DNA of 64,000 bases from a bacterium (lineage in GTDB: Bacteria; Fibrobacterota; Fibrobacteria; UBA11236), in the NCBI GenBank assembly GCA_900299345.1, contig OMJM01000071.1, forward strand, positions 1,985 to 65,984. Direction: 5' to 3'. The translations under genes were made by a program, and so were the position numbers. Below, piece by piece: positions 19,217 to 29,403 of this stretch. A model generated the notes under the pieces. It searched no databases. It worked only from the letters and a program-made list of their open reading frames with translations, and was not told the origin of the DNA. Position 1 is the stretch's first letter; each line of letters begins with the position of its first letter.

Positions 19217-19906
19217 TTAGAGTGTGAAGTAAAGCGAGGCCAAGATGCCCCAAGACTTAGCTCCGGTGGTCGAAACCACGTAGGGAACATTGGCTTCGAG
19301 CGCCACCATGTCCGAAATCGTGTAGGTGATTCCGGGCTGAACCGTTGTGGAATTTGCGCTGCCCGCTGACCAGTAAACCACTCCGGCATAAACCGCGAGC
19401 TTATCGCTTACCATGTAGCCAGGCTTCAAATACACGGTCAAGGCATTGTCAGATTCCAAATCGTCGGCATCTTTCATGTTCAACTGGTAGGATGCCAAAC
19501 CGACGGCCTGAATCTTGCCGTAGTTCTTGCCATACACGAGACCCGGGGCGATGCCCAATCCCTTGTAACCGTTTGACAAGTCACCCGTGGCGAAAGGCAA
19601 GGCCACGTTCACGAACACCGCAATGCCATTATCACCGATCTCATACTTGGCCGCCACTTGGGGCTGCGACAAGCCGCTCGCACCGCTCGCGGTCGCGTAT
19701 GTCGTGCCAAGTTCCAGGTCCAGACCGGCCATCAGACCGTATTTCACCTGCAGAGGAACGCTCGTCGCCGCATCACCCACTTCGGGCGTTACGTAAAGAG
19801 CACCCACATCCACTTCGGTCTTGCCCTTCACCATCGGCATGTACTCATCCAAACAGAACGCCGTGCTTACCAAGCCCAGCGACAAGAGTGCAATCGTAGT
19901 CTTCAT
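19217..19906 (-). CDS. Small outer-membrane beta-barrel / putative porin
   Basis: Signal peptide MKTTIALLSLGLVSTAFC, alternating amphipathic strands, ends LYFTL; AAGGAG RBS. Confidence 0.65.
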   Translation of the reverse strand: MKTTIALLSLGLVSTAFCLDEYMPMVKGKTEVDVGALYVTPEVGDAATSVPLQVKYGLMAGLDLELGTTYATASGASGLSQPQVAAKYEIGDNGIAVFVNVALPFATGDLSNGYKGLGIAPGLVYGKNYGKIQAVGLASYQLNMKDADDLESDNALTVYLKPGYMVSDKLAVYAGVVYWSAGSANSTTVQPGITYTISDMVALEANVPYVVSTTGAKSWGILASLYFTL

Positions 19907-20141
19907 CCTCGCTCCTTCTTTTATGGCGAAATGCTCGCCATTTGTTAAAAAATATAGTTGCAAAACCAATACCATCTGCCAACTCTTCGAATTAAAGACA
20001 TTTTCGCCAATGATTATTTTATGCTGCAATCATGCGGATTACACTTCTTTTCACTTGGAACAAAATGGCATTTTGTGTCCAATTCTTGTTCGCGACAAAT
20101 CGGATAATCATTCGCTAATTTTTTTATTGGTAATAACTTAA

Positions 20142-21071
20142 ATGTCTACCGCCCACGCTTCTCTGCCACATCGTACGACGCGAATCACCACGACCATATC
20201 GCTGGTATTGGCGGTGTTGAAGCTCATTACCGGGCTATACACCGGTTCTGTGGCGGTGTTCGCTTCGGCAATGGATTCCTTCTTCGACTTCCTCGTCTCC
20301 GGCTTCAACTCCTTCGCCGCACACAGTGCGGAAAAACCACATGACGACGCTTACAACTACGGTCGCGGGAAAATGGAAGGACTGGCCGCGACAACACAGG
20401 GCCTTCTCGTTTTGGTTACCGCGATTTTCATTGGCAGACAGGCAGTGCTGCGCCTTTTTCATCCGCATCCACTGTCTGTCTCTCGGGTCGATCTGGCGAT
20501 GATCGCCATGATCCTCTCCGCACTGGCGGCGCTGGGAATCACCCTCTACCTCGAAAATGTCCGCCGACGCACACGCAGCCTGGTGGTCGCGGCAGACGCG
20601 CTCCATTACCGTACCGACGTGTATTCTAACGGCGCGGTCTTTCTGGCGATGATTCTGGTGCGCTCCACAGGTTGGACGTGGATCGATCCCATGCTGGGAA
20701 TCGGCATCGCGCTCTACATCGCCAAGGAGTGCCTGCCTCTGCTGCGACAGGGATTCGACATGCTCATGGATCGCTCGTTGCCCGATCCTCTCGTGGAACA
20801 GATCCGCTCCATCGCCGTGAACCATTCCCCGCTCATCAACGGAGCCCATGAACTGAAGACCCGTCGATCCGGAGACATCAACTTTGTGGAATTGCATCTG
20901 GTTTTCGATGAGGAAATCCCGTTGGGCCAGGCGCATCGCATTGCCGATGAGATTGAAATGCGGATTCGCACACTGGAAGAGGCCAAATGGTCGATAAACA
21001 TTCATCTCGACCCGCTGGATGATTCCCCCCGCGATCGACGCCTGGCGGGATTCGACGAGCCTGCTCCCTGA
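20142..21071 (+). CDS. Cation diffusion facilitator (FieF-like)
   Basis: 'DSFFD', 'DALHYRTD', 'YGRGKME', C-terminal 'HLVFD..HRIA...HLDP'. Confidence 0.9.
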   Translation: MSTAHASLPHRTTRITTTISLVLAVLKLITGLYTGSVAVFASAMDSFFDFLVSGFNSFAAHSAEKPHDDAYNYGRGKMEGLAATTQGLLVLVTAIFIGRQAVLRLFHPHPLSVSRVDLAMIAMILSALAALGITLYLENVRRRTRSLVVAADALHYRTDVYSNGAVFLAMILVRSTGWTWIDPMLGIGIALYIAKECLPLLRQGFDMLMDRSLPDPLVEQIRSIAVNHSPLINGAHELKTRRSGDINFVELHLVFDEEIPLGQAHRIADEIEMRIRTLEEAKWSINIHLDPLDDSPRDRRLAGFDEPAP

Positions 21072-21119
21072 TCCCGTTCCGATTTCGTAGATTCCCTTGA
21101 CCTAGCGTCCGGCAATCTT

Positions 21120-22139
21120 ATGGATACTTCACGCAACGCTTCATCCTGGCTGGGCAATGTTTTGCGCATCGGTTTGGGTGCGCTGGCGATTTATTTGCTC
21201 ATCCACACCGGCGCCCTCAAACCCCATCTGTTAAAGCAGGCCATGCGCACGCATCCGTTGTGGTACGTGGAAGCATTCCTGCTTTATGCCGTAGTTCTGG
21301 AAGGCATCGCTTATATACGCTGGTACTGGCTGCTCCGGGCAGCCAAAGTGGATGTATCTGCGGGTTTCGTGCTCCGCCTTCATCTGATCGGATTGTTCTT
21401 CAGCAGCATTCTTCCGGGGGGCACGGGCGGAGATTTCGTCAAGGGATTTTATCTCTTGCGCGGCCGCGACAAGGCGGAAGGCGCTGCAGCCATCAGCACC
21501 ATGGTGGTGGATCGTGTGGCGGGAACGCTGGGTCTAATCTGGCTGGGAACCCTGACCAACATCTGGAACTACAAGCTCTGGGAGGACTCCCCCATTCTCG
21601 GAGGGCAGGCGTTCGTATTTCTAGGCGCCTCGCTCGCATCCCTGATTCTGATATTGACCTACCTAGCTCCTTGGAAATCACGGAAGTCCATCGAGTCGCT
21701 CACCAGCGAATCGAATCCGGAACACGGCTTCTGGAAGGGTCTGTGGATAGCTCTCGCAGCCTTCCGCAGTTCTCCCTGGATTTTCCTCGGGGTTCTCGTG
21801 CTAGCCATGTGCGTGCATTTTTCCATCGTGGGAGTGTACGCTTTATGCGCCGAAATGCTGGAGGTGGACATCCCCTTCAAGATTCACGCCTATGTGGTTC
21901 CCGCATTGACCATGATCAATGGCATCCCGATCTCACCGGCGGGACTCGGTTTTGGAGAACAAGGCGGTAAGGTGCTCTACCATGTGATTGACAAGGCGCG
22001 GGGGTTGACGACACACGGACACACCGAAATCCCCGCACTGTTCCACAGCATTGTGCTTCTTACATCGCTCCTCTGCGCACCGGCCTATTTTTTTATGAAG
22101 GGAGGAGCGAGAAAAGAAGATTCAGACGCAAGAAATTAA
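21120..22139 (+). CDS. Lysylphosphatidylglycerol-synthase-TM/flippase-like membrane protein (UPF0104)
   Basis: 'RW..LL', 'PGGTGGDFVK', 'DRVAG', 'PISPAGLG'. Confidence 0.8.
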   Translation: MDTSRNASSWLGNVLRIGLGALAIYLLIHTGALKPHLLKQAMRTHPLWYVEAFLLYAVVLEGIAYIRWYWLLRAAKVDVSAGFVLRLHLIGLFFSSILPGGTGGDFVKGFYLLRGRDKAEGAAAISTMVVDRVAGTLGLIWLGTLTNIWNYKLWEDSPILGGQAFVFLGASLASLILILTYLAPWKSRKSIESLTSESNPEHGFWKGLWIALAAFRSSPWIFLGVLVLAMCVHFSIVGVYALCAEMLEVDIPFKIHAYVVPALTMINGIPISPAGLGFGEQGGKVLYHVIDKARGLTTHGHTEIPALFHSIVLLTSLLCAPAYFFMKGGARKEDSDARN

Positions 22140-23575
22140 ACCCTCAGCTTCTCCTCGCCCAAGTCCTTCCAGTCGTTCCACCGCTTCAGAGCGGGCTCCA
22201 CATGTCCACTCAGGAACTCTTCTGTCTGTTTGGCCGAACGACCGGTGTATAACGCTGGATCAAGGGAGCGGCGCAAGGTTTCCAGATCCATCCCGAAGGA
22301 CTTGTCCGCCGCGATACGCTCCAGCAGATCGTTTTCCATCCCCTGCTGCTTCACCTGACGCGCCGCCTCCTGCGAATGGACACGGATGCGCTCATGCAAT
22401 TCCTGTCGGTTGCCTCCACGCTTGACCGCATCCATCATCACGTTCTCGGTGAGCATGAACGGAAGCTCCTCGCGCAGCCGACGTTCGATCACCTTCGGAT
22501 AAACCACGAGATTGGATGACACGTTCTCCGCGATGATGAGCATGGCATCGGCGGCAAGAAAAGCCTGCGCCACGGCAAGTCGCTTGTTGGCCGAATCATC
22601 CAACGTGCGTTCGAACCACTGTGTCGAGGAAGTAAAGGCGACGGAGGCGTGCAGGGATTCCACGAAGCGCGCCAGCGAACCGATGCGTTCGGATCGCATG
22701 GGATTACGCTTGTAGGCCATTGCGGAAGAACCGATCTGTTCCTTCTCGAACGGTTCTTCAACTTCCTTGAGATGCTGCAATAGGCGGAGATCGGTGGAGA
22801 ACTTGGACAGCGATTGCGCGAGACTGGACAGCGCTGCGAGCACACGGGCATCGAGCTTGCGCGTGTAGGTCTGTCCCGACACCGGCAGGCTTCTGGAAAA
22901 TCCAGCGCGACGCGTCACCTCACTATCAAGCTGTTTCACCTTGTCATGATCGCCGGCGAAGAGCTCCAAGAAACTCGCCTGCGTTCCGGTCGTACCTTTG
23001 ACTCCGAGAAACGGCATCCCCTGAATCACGCTCTCGACCTCTTCGAGATCAAGCAACAAATCCTGAATCCACAGACAAGCGCGCTTGCCCACAGTGACCG
23101 GCTGTGCGGGCTGGAAGTGGGTGAACCCCAAGGTGGGTTGCGACTTCCACTGGTCCGCAAAACGGGCGAGCGAATCAATGACACGAAGAATGCGTCTGCG
23201 CACCAGACCCAAACCATCCTTCATCTGAATCAGATCCGTGTTGTCGGCAACATAAGCGGACGTTGCACCAAGGTGGATGATACCCGCAGCTTTGGGGCAT
23301 TGCTCCCCGTAAGCGTGCACATGGGCCATCACGTCATGCCGGACTTCCCGCTCCTTTTTTTCCGCAACGGCGAAATCGATGTCGGTTTCGTGTGCCTTCA
23401 TCTCCGCAATCTGTTCCGGAGTAATGGGCAGGCCCAGTTCACGCTCCGCTTCGGCAAGGTGAATCCACAATTTCCGCCAGGTTTGGTGCTTGAATTGGGG
23501 AGAAAACAGAAAGCTCATGGCCGCTGAGGCATAGCGGCGAATCAACGGGTTGTCGTACTGATCGTAAGGGGTCAT
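22136..23575 (-). CDS. purB: Adenylosuccinate lyase
   Basis: 'GSSAMAYKRNPMRSE', 'RHDVMAHV', 'GFTHFQPAQ'. Confidence 0.97.
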   Translation of the reverse strand: MTPYDQYDNPLIRRYASAAMSFLFSPQFKHQTWRKLWIHLAEAERELGLPITPEQIAEMKAHETDIDFAVAEKKEREVRHDVMAHVHAYGEQCPKAAGIIHLGATSAYVADNTDLIQMKDGLGLVRRRILRVIDSLARFADQWKSQPTLGFTHFQPAQPVTVGKRACLWIQDLLLDLEEVESVIQGMPFLGVKGTTGTQASFLELFAGDHDKVKQLDSEVTRRAGFSRSLPVSGQTYTRKLDARVLAALSSLAQSLSKFSTDLRLLQHLKEVEEPFEKEQIGSSAMAYKRNPMRSERIGSLARFVESLHASVAFTSSTQWFERTLDDSANKRLAVAQAFLAADAMLIIAENVSSNLVVYPKVIERRLREELPFMLTENVMMDAVKRGGNRQELHERIRVHSQEAARQVKQQGMENDLLERIAADKSFGMDLETLRRSLDPALYTGRSAKQTEEFLSGHVEPALKRWNDWKDLGEEKLRV

Positions 23576-23614
23576 AATTCAAAAGTAACTAGGCCTGAGC
23601 CTCCACAACCCGGT

Positions 23615-24187
23615 TTACACAGGCTTGTTTCGCTTGAAATGCAACGCATGCCACAACCCGGGCATTTCCCCGGAATACCCCGGCAAAATCAACGCTATCG
23701 TCATTTCTTCAATCCCGCAGAGAATCTGCAGAATCACAGCGATGTGAAACGGTTGCGCCGCCCCCCCAAACAACAAAGGAATCAGAGTCAATGGAAAAAT
23801 CCACGCCATGGCCTTGGCAAACCACGTGTGGTAACCGGGAACTTTTCTCCAGCGGAACAGCCCATAGACTACGATGATGAAATAGGCGATCAAAGCCGCA
23901 ACGAACCACGGCCATTCCCGTTTCACTTCCAAGGGCCATAACAATGTCACGCCCGTCATTCCCGCCGCAGCAGTGGCATAATCGCCCCAACTGTCCAGTT
24001 TGCGTCCCAGCTCCGATTTGGCATTGAATCGCCGCGCCAGAAACCCATCCAGCCAATCCGTCAGCAAGGCTGCACAGAAGAGAATCAGGAAATCTTCTCG
24101 CGAACCTGTAAGCCATGCACAAAGCGCAGCAATAGGGGCGAGCAAAAAAAGACGCAACAAACTCAGGATATTGGGGAGATTTTTCAC
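23615..24187 (-). CDS. CDP-alcohol phosphatidyltransferase family protein
   Basis: 'DWLDGFLARRFNAKSELGRKLDSWGD' matches DxxDGxxAR..G..LD..xD. Confidence 0.9.
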   Translation of the reverse strand: MKNLPNILSLLRLFLLAPIAALCAWLTGSREDFLILFCAALLTDWLDGFLARRFNAKSELGRKLDSWGDYATAAAGMTGVTLLWPLEVKREWPWFVAALIAYFIIVVYGLFRWRKVPGYHTWFAKAMAWIFPLTLIPLLFGGAAQPFHIAVILQILCGIEEMTIALILPGYSGEMPGLWHALHFKRNKPV

Positions 24188-24194
24188 AGCACCG

Positions 24195-25355
24195 TCATGC
24201 GCGACGCGCCAAGAGAAACGCGGCGGCAGATAAAACCTGTGCCGTCACCGCAAGACCCGATACAGCCCCGATCCATTGATGGTCATACAGCCATCCCATG
24301 GCAATGCTCCCGAAGAACCATGCGACTCCAAACACGGCATGAAAGACGCCGTAGGCCTTGGCCCGGTTGTGCTTGGCAATCATGCGCGCAATCCCCGCCT
24401 TGAGCGAAGAGTCCTGTGCGCCTAACGTGGCCGCCCAGAGGATAATTCCAATCCAGCACGCGACCGGGTATTTCGAAAACGCAAGCGGAATGGCGAAACC
24501 TGCCATGAACGCGGCGAACGGCAACGATTTAAGGCCCACGCGATCGAACAGGAATCCGAATAATAGTGCTGTCACCGCGCTGACGCCCATGGCCACCGAA
24601 TAGCTCAGCGGCGCCTGAACCTGCGTCAGAATCCCCTGCTTGATCAAGTGATAGGCAATGAGCGGAAAGTCCGCAAAGCCAAAAGCCAGCAGGCCCGCCC
24701 CCACTACGTAAATCCAATAGGCTTTTGGAAATTTCCCATCCTCCGACGCTGCCGGTGTTATCTCCTCGATTTCAAACCGGGAGGGATTCAAAAACACATA
24801 GCGGGCGGTGAATAAAAACACCATCGCCAGTGCGGCGGGAATCGCGAGCAACGCAAACGCTCCACGATAACTGCCTCCCACAATCAGGATCGTCGCGCCG
24901 ATCAAAGGGCCCGTGACCGCGCCCAATTGATCCATGGCCTGATGAAAACCGAATCCTTTTCCGTGTCCCACAGCACTGGTGGCATGCGAGATCAACGTGT
25001 CCTTGGAGGGAGCACGAATGGATTTCCCCAGACGTTCACCTATCAACAAACCCGCCGCCACAGGCCAGCTGCGAGCCAATGCGAGGAATGGGACGGCGGC
25101 GAGGTTGAGGGCGAAACCCGCTAAGGTGAATCCCCAATATTTTCCGGAACGCTGGCTCAACGTGCCAAAGAGCCAACGCAGTGCATATCCGACCAATTCT
25201 CCCAACCCGGAGACGAACCCGACGGCCGTGGCGGATGCGCCAAGGGAATACAAAAAAGGTCCGGATAACCCGCGTCCACCTTCGTAGGTGATATCGGCGA
25301 AAAAACTGACGACCCCGATGAGGAAGATGAACCTCCACGCCGGGGCGAACTTCAT
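24195..25355 (-). CDS. MFS transporter
   Basis: About 12 TMs; 'LFDRVG' motif A-like; 'ADITYEG' family N-terminus. Confidence 0.85.
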   Translation of the reverse strand: MKFAPAWRFIFLIGVVSFFADITYEGGRGLSGPFLYSLGASATAVGFVSGLGELVGYALRWLFGTLSQRSGKYWGFTLAGFALNLAAVPFLALARSWPVAAGLLIGERLGKSIRAPSKDTLISHATSAVGHGKGFGFHQAMDQLGAVTGPLIGATILIVGGSYRGAFALLAIPAALAMVFLFTARYVFLNPSRFEIEEITPAASEDGKFPKAYWIYVVGAGLLAFGFADFPLIAYHLIKQGILTQVQAPLSYSVAMGVSAVTALLFGFLFDRVGLKSLPFAAFMAGFAIPLAFSKYPVACWIGIILWAATLGAQDSSLKAGIARMIAKHNRAKAYGVFHAVFGVAWFFGSIAMGWLYDHQWIGAVSGLAVTAQVLSAAAFLLARRA

Positions 25356-26539
25356 TTTCCCATCACCTTGCGGAAAGCCGCGATGACATCATCGACGTCG
25401 CGATCCGAGAGCGCGGGAGACAACGGCAGGGAAATCGTGCCGTCGCCGATGCCTGCCGCCACGGGAACATCCTTGCGCTTCCAGCCCAATGTGGTACGGT
25501 AGTAGGGATGATCGCACAAAGCGCGGTAATGCACTCCAACACCGATGTTTTCAGCGGTAAGTGCGGCCAGCACCTGATCGCGGGAGCGTTTGGAATCTTT
25601 GCGAACCAAAGGTGTATAAAGATGATAGGCGTGTCGCTCATGGGACAGCGGCTCCGCCGGAAGATCCACCGGAAGATCCGCAAAGGCTTCCTGATATTTT
25701 TTCCAGAGGGAGCGGCGACGTTTCCAGTTCTTCTCGAGCCGTCGCAATTGGGGCAGTCCAATGGCTGCCTGTAAATCGGTCATATTGTACTTGTAGCCCA
25801 AGTCCACGACATCATAGTGCAAGTAACCCGAGTCGGAATAGCGCTTCCATGCGTCCTTGCTCATGCCGTGCAAGGCAAGTCGCTTGAGTTTGTCTGCTAG
25901 CGCCTCGTTCTTCGCAAGCACCATTCCGCCTTCCGCCGTGGTCAGGTTCTTGGTGGCATAGAAACTGAAACATCCCAACGCTCCGAAGGTACCCGCCTTG
26001 CGTCCGCGATATTCCGTTTCAATGGCATGGGCGCAATCCTCGATGACATGGAGGCGATGCGCCTTGGCAAGTTTCATCAAGGCGTTCATGTCGCACGGCA
26101 GACCCGCGAAATGAACCGGAAGAATGGCCTTGGTTCGCTTGGTAATCTTGCGCGCCACCTGGTTTGGGTCCAGATTCAAGGTACGCGGATCGCAATCGGC
26201 CAACACAGGAGTTGCCCCGGCATGCAAAATGGCATTCACGGTGGCGCAGAACGTCATGCCCGTGGTGATGACCTCGTCGCCCGGACCGATGCCGAGAGAA
26301 AGAATGGAAAGATGCAAGGCTGCAGTGCAGGAATTCACCGCAACGGCATGAGAGGAGCCCTTGTACCTGGCGAAGGCTTGCTCGAACTCGCTGACCTTGG
26401 GACCTGTTCCGACCCAACGGCGACGCAACGAATCCACCACCCCGGCGATTTCCTCCGATCCGATTTGCGGCGCTCCGAAGACGAGGAAATTTTTCCGGCT
26501 GCGGACGGGCTTACCGCCGTCAATGGCGAGTTTTGACAC
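25352..26539 (-). CDS. DegT/DnrJ/EryC1/StrS PLP-dependent aminotransferase
   Basis: 'NSCTAALHL', 'EDCAHA', 'SFYATKNLTTAEGG'; GTG start 5 nt after the kinase stop. Confidence 0.92.
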   Translation of the reverse strand: MSKLAIDGGKPVRSRKNFLVFGAPQIGSEEIAGVVDSLRRRWVGTGPKVSEFEQAFARYKGSSHAVAVNSCTAALHLSILSLGIGPGDEVITTGMTFCATVNAILHAGATPVLADCDPRTLNLDPNQVARKITKRTKAILPVHFAGLPCDMNALMKLAKAHRLHVIEDCAHAIETEYRGRKAGTFGALGCFSFYATKNLTTAEGGMVLAKNEALADKLKRLALHGMSKDAWKRYSDSGYLHYDVVDLGYKYNMTDLQAAIGLPQLRRLEKNWKRRRSLWKKYQEAFADLPVDLPAEPLSHERHAYHLYTPLVRKDSKRSRDQVLAALTAENIGVGVHYRALCDHPYYRTTLGWKRKDVPVAAGIGDGTISLPLSPALSDRDVDDVIAAFRKVMGK

Positions 26540-26544
26540 GGGCG

Positions 26545-27537
26545 TTAAAATACCTTGTCTTGGGGTGGAGGAAAAATCTCTTTCCAATCTTCGCGCCCGG
26601 TTTCACGCAGCAGCCATGCCAATCGCGTTTCTCCGGCGGGTATGTGCGACGCAAAGGGGGCAATCCCCTTGACCCGCGACAGGAAACAATAGGCTCCCAA
26701 AGCCTGCATCACACGTTGAAGTCCCGCGAGCAGGAATTCAATTCGGAAGGCTTGAAAATCCGGAGCGGCGGGAGATTTGGAATGGAAATACCGCAGCAAC
26801 TCCTCTATTTCTGAATCGGACAGCATCACATAGGGATCAAGCAACAGTGAAGCAAGATCGTAATGGATGGAGCCGAGACGGCTGCCTTGGTAATCGATGA
26901 CATGAACAGAACCATCCTGTTTCACCATCAGGTTCTGTGACTGAAAGTCACGGTGAAGGATCGCCTTGGGTTGGCGATCCACTTTCTCTGCCAATTCATC
27001 AAAAATTTTCTGCAGCTCGGGATTGGATGGCAATCCACGACGGCCTTCCAGATATTGTGTCCGGTAATATGAAGTTTCCCACAACAAATGACCGCGATCA
27101 AAAACCCGCGACAGGATATCGGGACATTCCGAATGCATGGCATTGCAACGTGTCTGTAAATCAACCAACAAGTCGAGAGCTTTGCGGTAACCCTCCATCC
27201 CGGCTACGCGATCCGACAGAAACACATCGTACAGCCTACGGTTGCCGAGATCTTCGAGCAACACCTGATGCATCGCATCGTCGATGCAATAAACCTTGGG
27301 CACCGGAAATTGTGCCATGCGATAAAACTGCGTGATACGCAGAAAGCGGCCGAAGTCTGCATCATCGGACGGGGATACCAATGCGATGAAGGTTTCTCCT
27401 CCAGATTCCAGGCGGTGGTAGGCCCGCTGCGATCCCGCAATGCCCGCAAGGGATATGTCACAACGGTCATCGAATCCATGACGTGCAAGGAAGTCGCGCA
27501 ATACCGGAGAAATGCCTTCGTAACGCAAACCGGGCAT
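26545..27537 (-). CDS. APH-family sugar phosphotransferase (AmgK-like)
   Basis: 'LLEDLG', 'HRDFQSQNLMV', 'IDYQG', 'YDLASLL.DPY'; start in a TGATG overlap with the IMPase stop. Confidence 0.8.
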   Translation of the reverse strand: MPGLRYEGISPVLRDFLARHGFDDRCDISLAGIAGSQRAYHRLESGGETFIALVSPSDDADFGRFLRITQFYRMAQFPVPKVYCIDDAMHQVLLEDLGNRRLYDVFLSDRVAGMEGYRKALDLLVDLQTRCNAMHSECPDILSRVFDRGHLLWETSYYRTQYLEGRRGLPSNPELQKIFDELAEKVDRQPKAILHRDFQSQNLMVKQDGSVHVIDYQGSRLGSIHYDLASLLLDPYVMLSDSEIEELLRYFHSKSPAAPDFQAFRIEFLLAGLQRVMQALGAYCFLSRVKGIAPFASHIPAGETRLAWLLRETGREDWKEIFPPPQDKVF

Positions 27538-28367
27538 CAGGGACTTTCGGGCGACACTCGCCGGCGATCCCAATCCAGCGATGCGAGAAGGGACGGATGC
27601 AGAATGCTGTTGGAGAATAAAGCGGTATTGGTTTCCAAGGTCCACGGTTTGCCGCTCAAATCCGTGACGGTGCCGCCCGCTTCGCGCACCAACAAGGTGG
27701 TCACGGCAACGTCCCAAGGCTTGAGATAAACCATCCAATAACCATCAAGACGACCCGATGCGATGAACGCACCCTCCACGGCGGCGGAACCGAGGCATTT
27801 TACCCGCTGCACCGAAGCGACCGTGCGCATGCGTGCCCAGAAATTTTCGCTATTGAGACGCTGGCGTTCCACATCGTCGGCGCTGACGTTGAAATCCCCG
27901 TGCGATATGACGGCGTGGGAAAGATCCGTCACGGAACTGACGCGGATTGGCTCACCGTTCAGGAAGGCGCCGCCTCCGGAAACGACGGTGTAAAGTTCAT
28001 CCAACGCAGGAAGGAAAATCGCGCCGCACAACATCTCTCCACCGCGTGCCAAGCCGATGGACACTCCCCACAAAGGGATTTGATGCGCATAGTTGATCGT
28101 CCCGTCGATAGGATCGACATACCAACGGTATTCGCTGCCCTTGTCTGAAGAGCCTTCCTCTTCGGTCAGCAGGTTGTGGTCCGGAAATGCCTTTTCGAGA
28201 CGTTCACGGATGAGGCGATCACATTCCAGATCCGCCTCAGTGACCACATCCTTCGCACCCTTGAAACGGATGGATCCGAGGGAACGCTGGCGCTCCAACG
28301 CCACCTTGCCTGCGGCATACGCCGCATCCACGGCGGCCTGCAAAAACATCTGGGAATCCTGAAGCAT
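27537..28367 (-). CDS. suhB: Inositol monophosphatase family protein
   Basis: 'VTEAD', 'EE', 'DPIDGT', 'GSAA', 'WD.A'. Confidence 0.88.
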   Translation of the reverse strand: MLQDSQMFLQAAVDAAYAAGKVALERQRSLGSIRFKGAKDVVTEADLECDRLIRERLEKAFPDHNLLTEEEGSSDKGSEYRWYVDPIDGTINYAHQIPLWGVSIGLARGGEMLCGAIFLPALDELYTVVSGGGAFLNGEPIRVSSVTDLSHAVISHGDFNVSADDVERQRLNSENFWARMRTVASVQRVKCLGSAAVEGAFIASGRLDGYWMVYLKPWDVAVTTLLVREAGGTVTDLSGKPWTLETNTALFSNSILHPSLLASLDWDRRRVSPESP

Positions 28368-28407
28368 TAGTCAAATATACTTGGGCCCGGATTGTACTTT
28401 TCGTCTG

Positions 28408-29403
28408 ATGCGCGAAACTTCGAGCGATGTGCTGCTGCGTGTTGAAAATCTTTCGCTGGGTTTCCGCAGCAATGGCCGCGTCACAGCAGTCACCGAGGGT
28501 GTGAATTTCGAGATCCGGCGCGGTGAAGTGTTCGGACTGGTCGGTGAATCAGGGTGTGGAAAAACGGTCACATGCCTTGGCCTGCTCCGCCTCTTACCCG
28601 TTGCTGGAAGCACGGTTTTGTCAGGCCACGCGTGGTATCAGGGGCGCGATTTGTTGAAACTCTCAACCGAAGAAATGCGGGGTATTCGGGGTTCCGAAAT
28701 TGCCATGATCTTTCAGGAGCCTTCCGCGGCACTCAACCCCCTGCTGACCATCCGAAATCAACTGCTTCTCCCCTTCAAACATCATCCGTATGACGGTTCT
28801 CCCGAAAAACGGATCGACGATCTCCTGCGCCGCGTAGGTTTCTCTGATCCCGAACGTGTGTTACGCTCCTATCCCCATGAACTTTCGGGTGGCATGTTGC
28901 AACGCGTGATGATTGCCCATGCCCTGTTGTTGGGCCCCAAGCTGTTGCTGGCCGACGAACCGACCACTGCGCTCGACGTGACCGTGCAGGCGCAAATCCT
29001 CGAGTTACTGGCGGAACTGCAACGGGAAATGGGAATGAGCGTGGTGATGATTACCCACAACCTCAACCTTGTCGCACAATATGCGAATCGAGCCGCGGTG
29101 ATGTACGCGGGACGGATCATCGAGGAAGGCAATGCGACGAGATTACTGGAAGACCCCAAGCATCCCTATTCGCGCGGCTTGCTGGACGCGCTCCCCAAAC
29201 TGGATGGCGCAACGCACGCGCCCAAACCCATTCCCGGCTCCGTACCTCCAGCGGGACATTATCCTTCCGGCTGTCGCTTTCGCGATCGCTGTCCTCAAGC
29301 CTTTGACGCGTGCAAAACCGATCCGACTTGGACGGAACCCCAAGCTGGCCGACATGTGGCCTGCCATCTTTATCCTCACCCATCTCTGATGGAGGTCAGG
29401 TGA
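28408..29403 (+). CDS. Oligopeptide/dipeptide ABC ATP-binding protein (OppD/DppD)
   Basis: GESGCGKT, LSGGMLQR, DEPTTALD, C-terminal 'GCRFRDRC' oligo-HPY domain. Confidence 0.92.
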   Translation: MRETSSDVLLRVENLSLGFRSNGRVTAVTEGVNFEIRRGEVFGLVGESGCGKTVTCLGLLRLLPVAGSTVLSGHAWYQGRDLLKLSTEEMRGIRGSEIAMIFQEPSAALNPLLTIRNQLLLPFKHHPYDGSPEKRIDDLLRRVGFSDPERVLRSYPHELSGGMLQRVMIAHALLLGPKLLLADEPTTALDVTVQAQILELLAELQREMGMSVVMITHNLNLVAQYANRAAVMYAGRIIEEGNATRLLEDPKHPYSRGLLDALPKLDGATHAPKPIPGSVPPAGHYPSGCRFRDRCPQAFDACKTDPTWTEPQAGRHVACHLYPHPSLMEVR

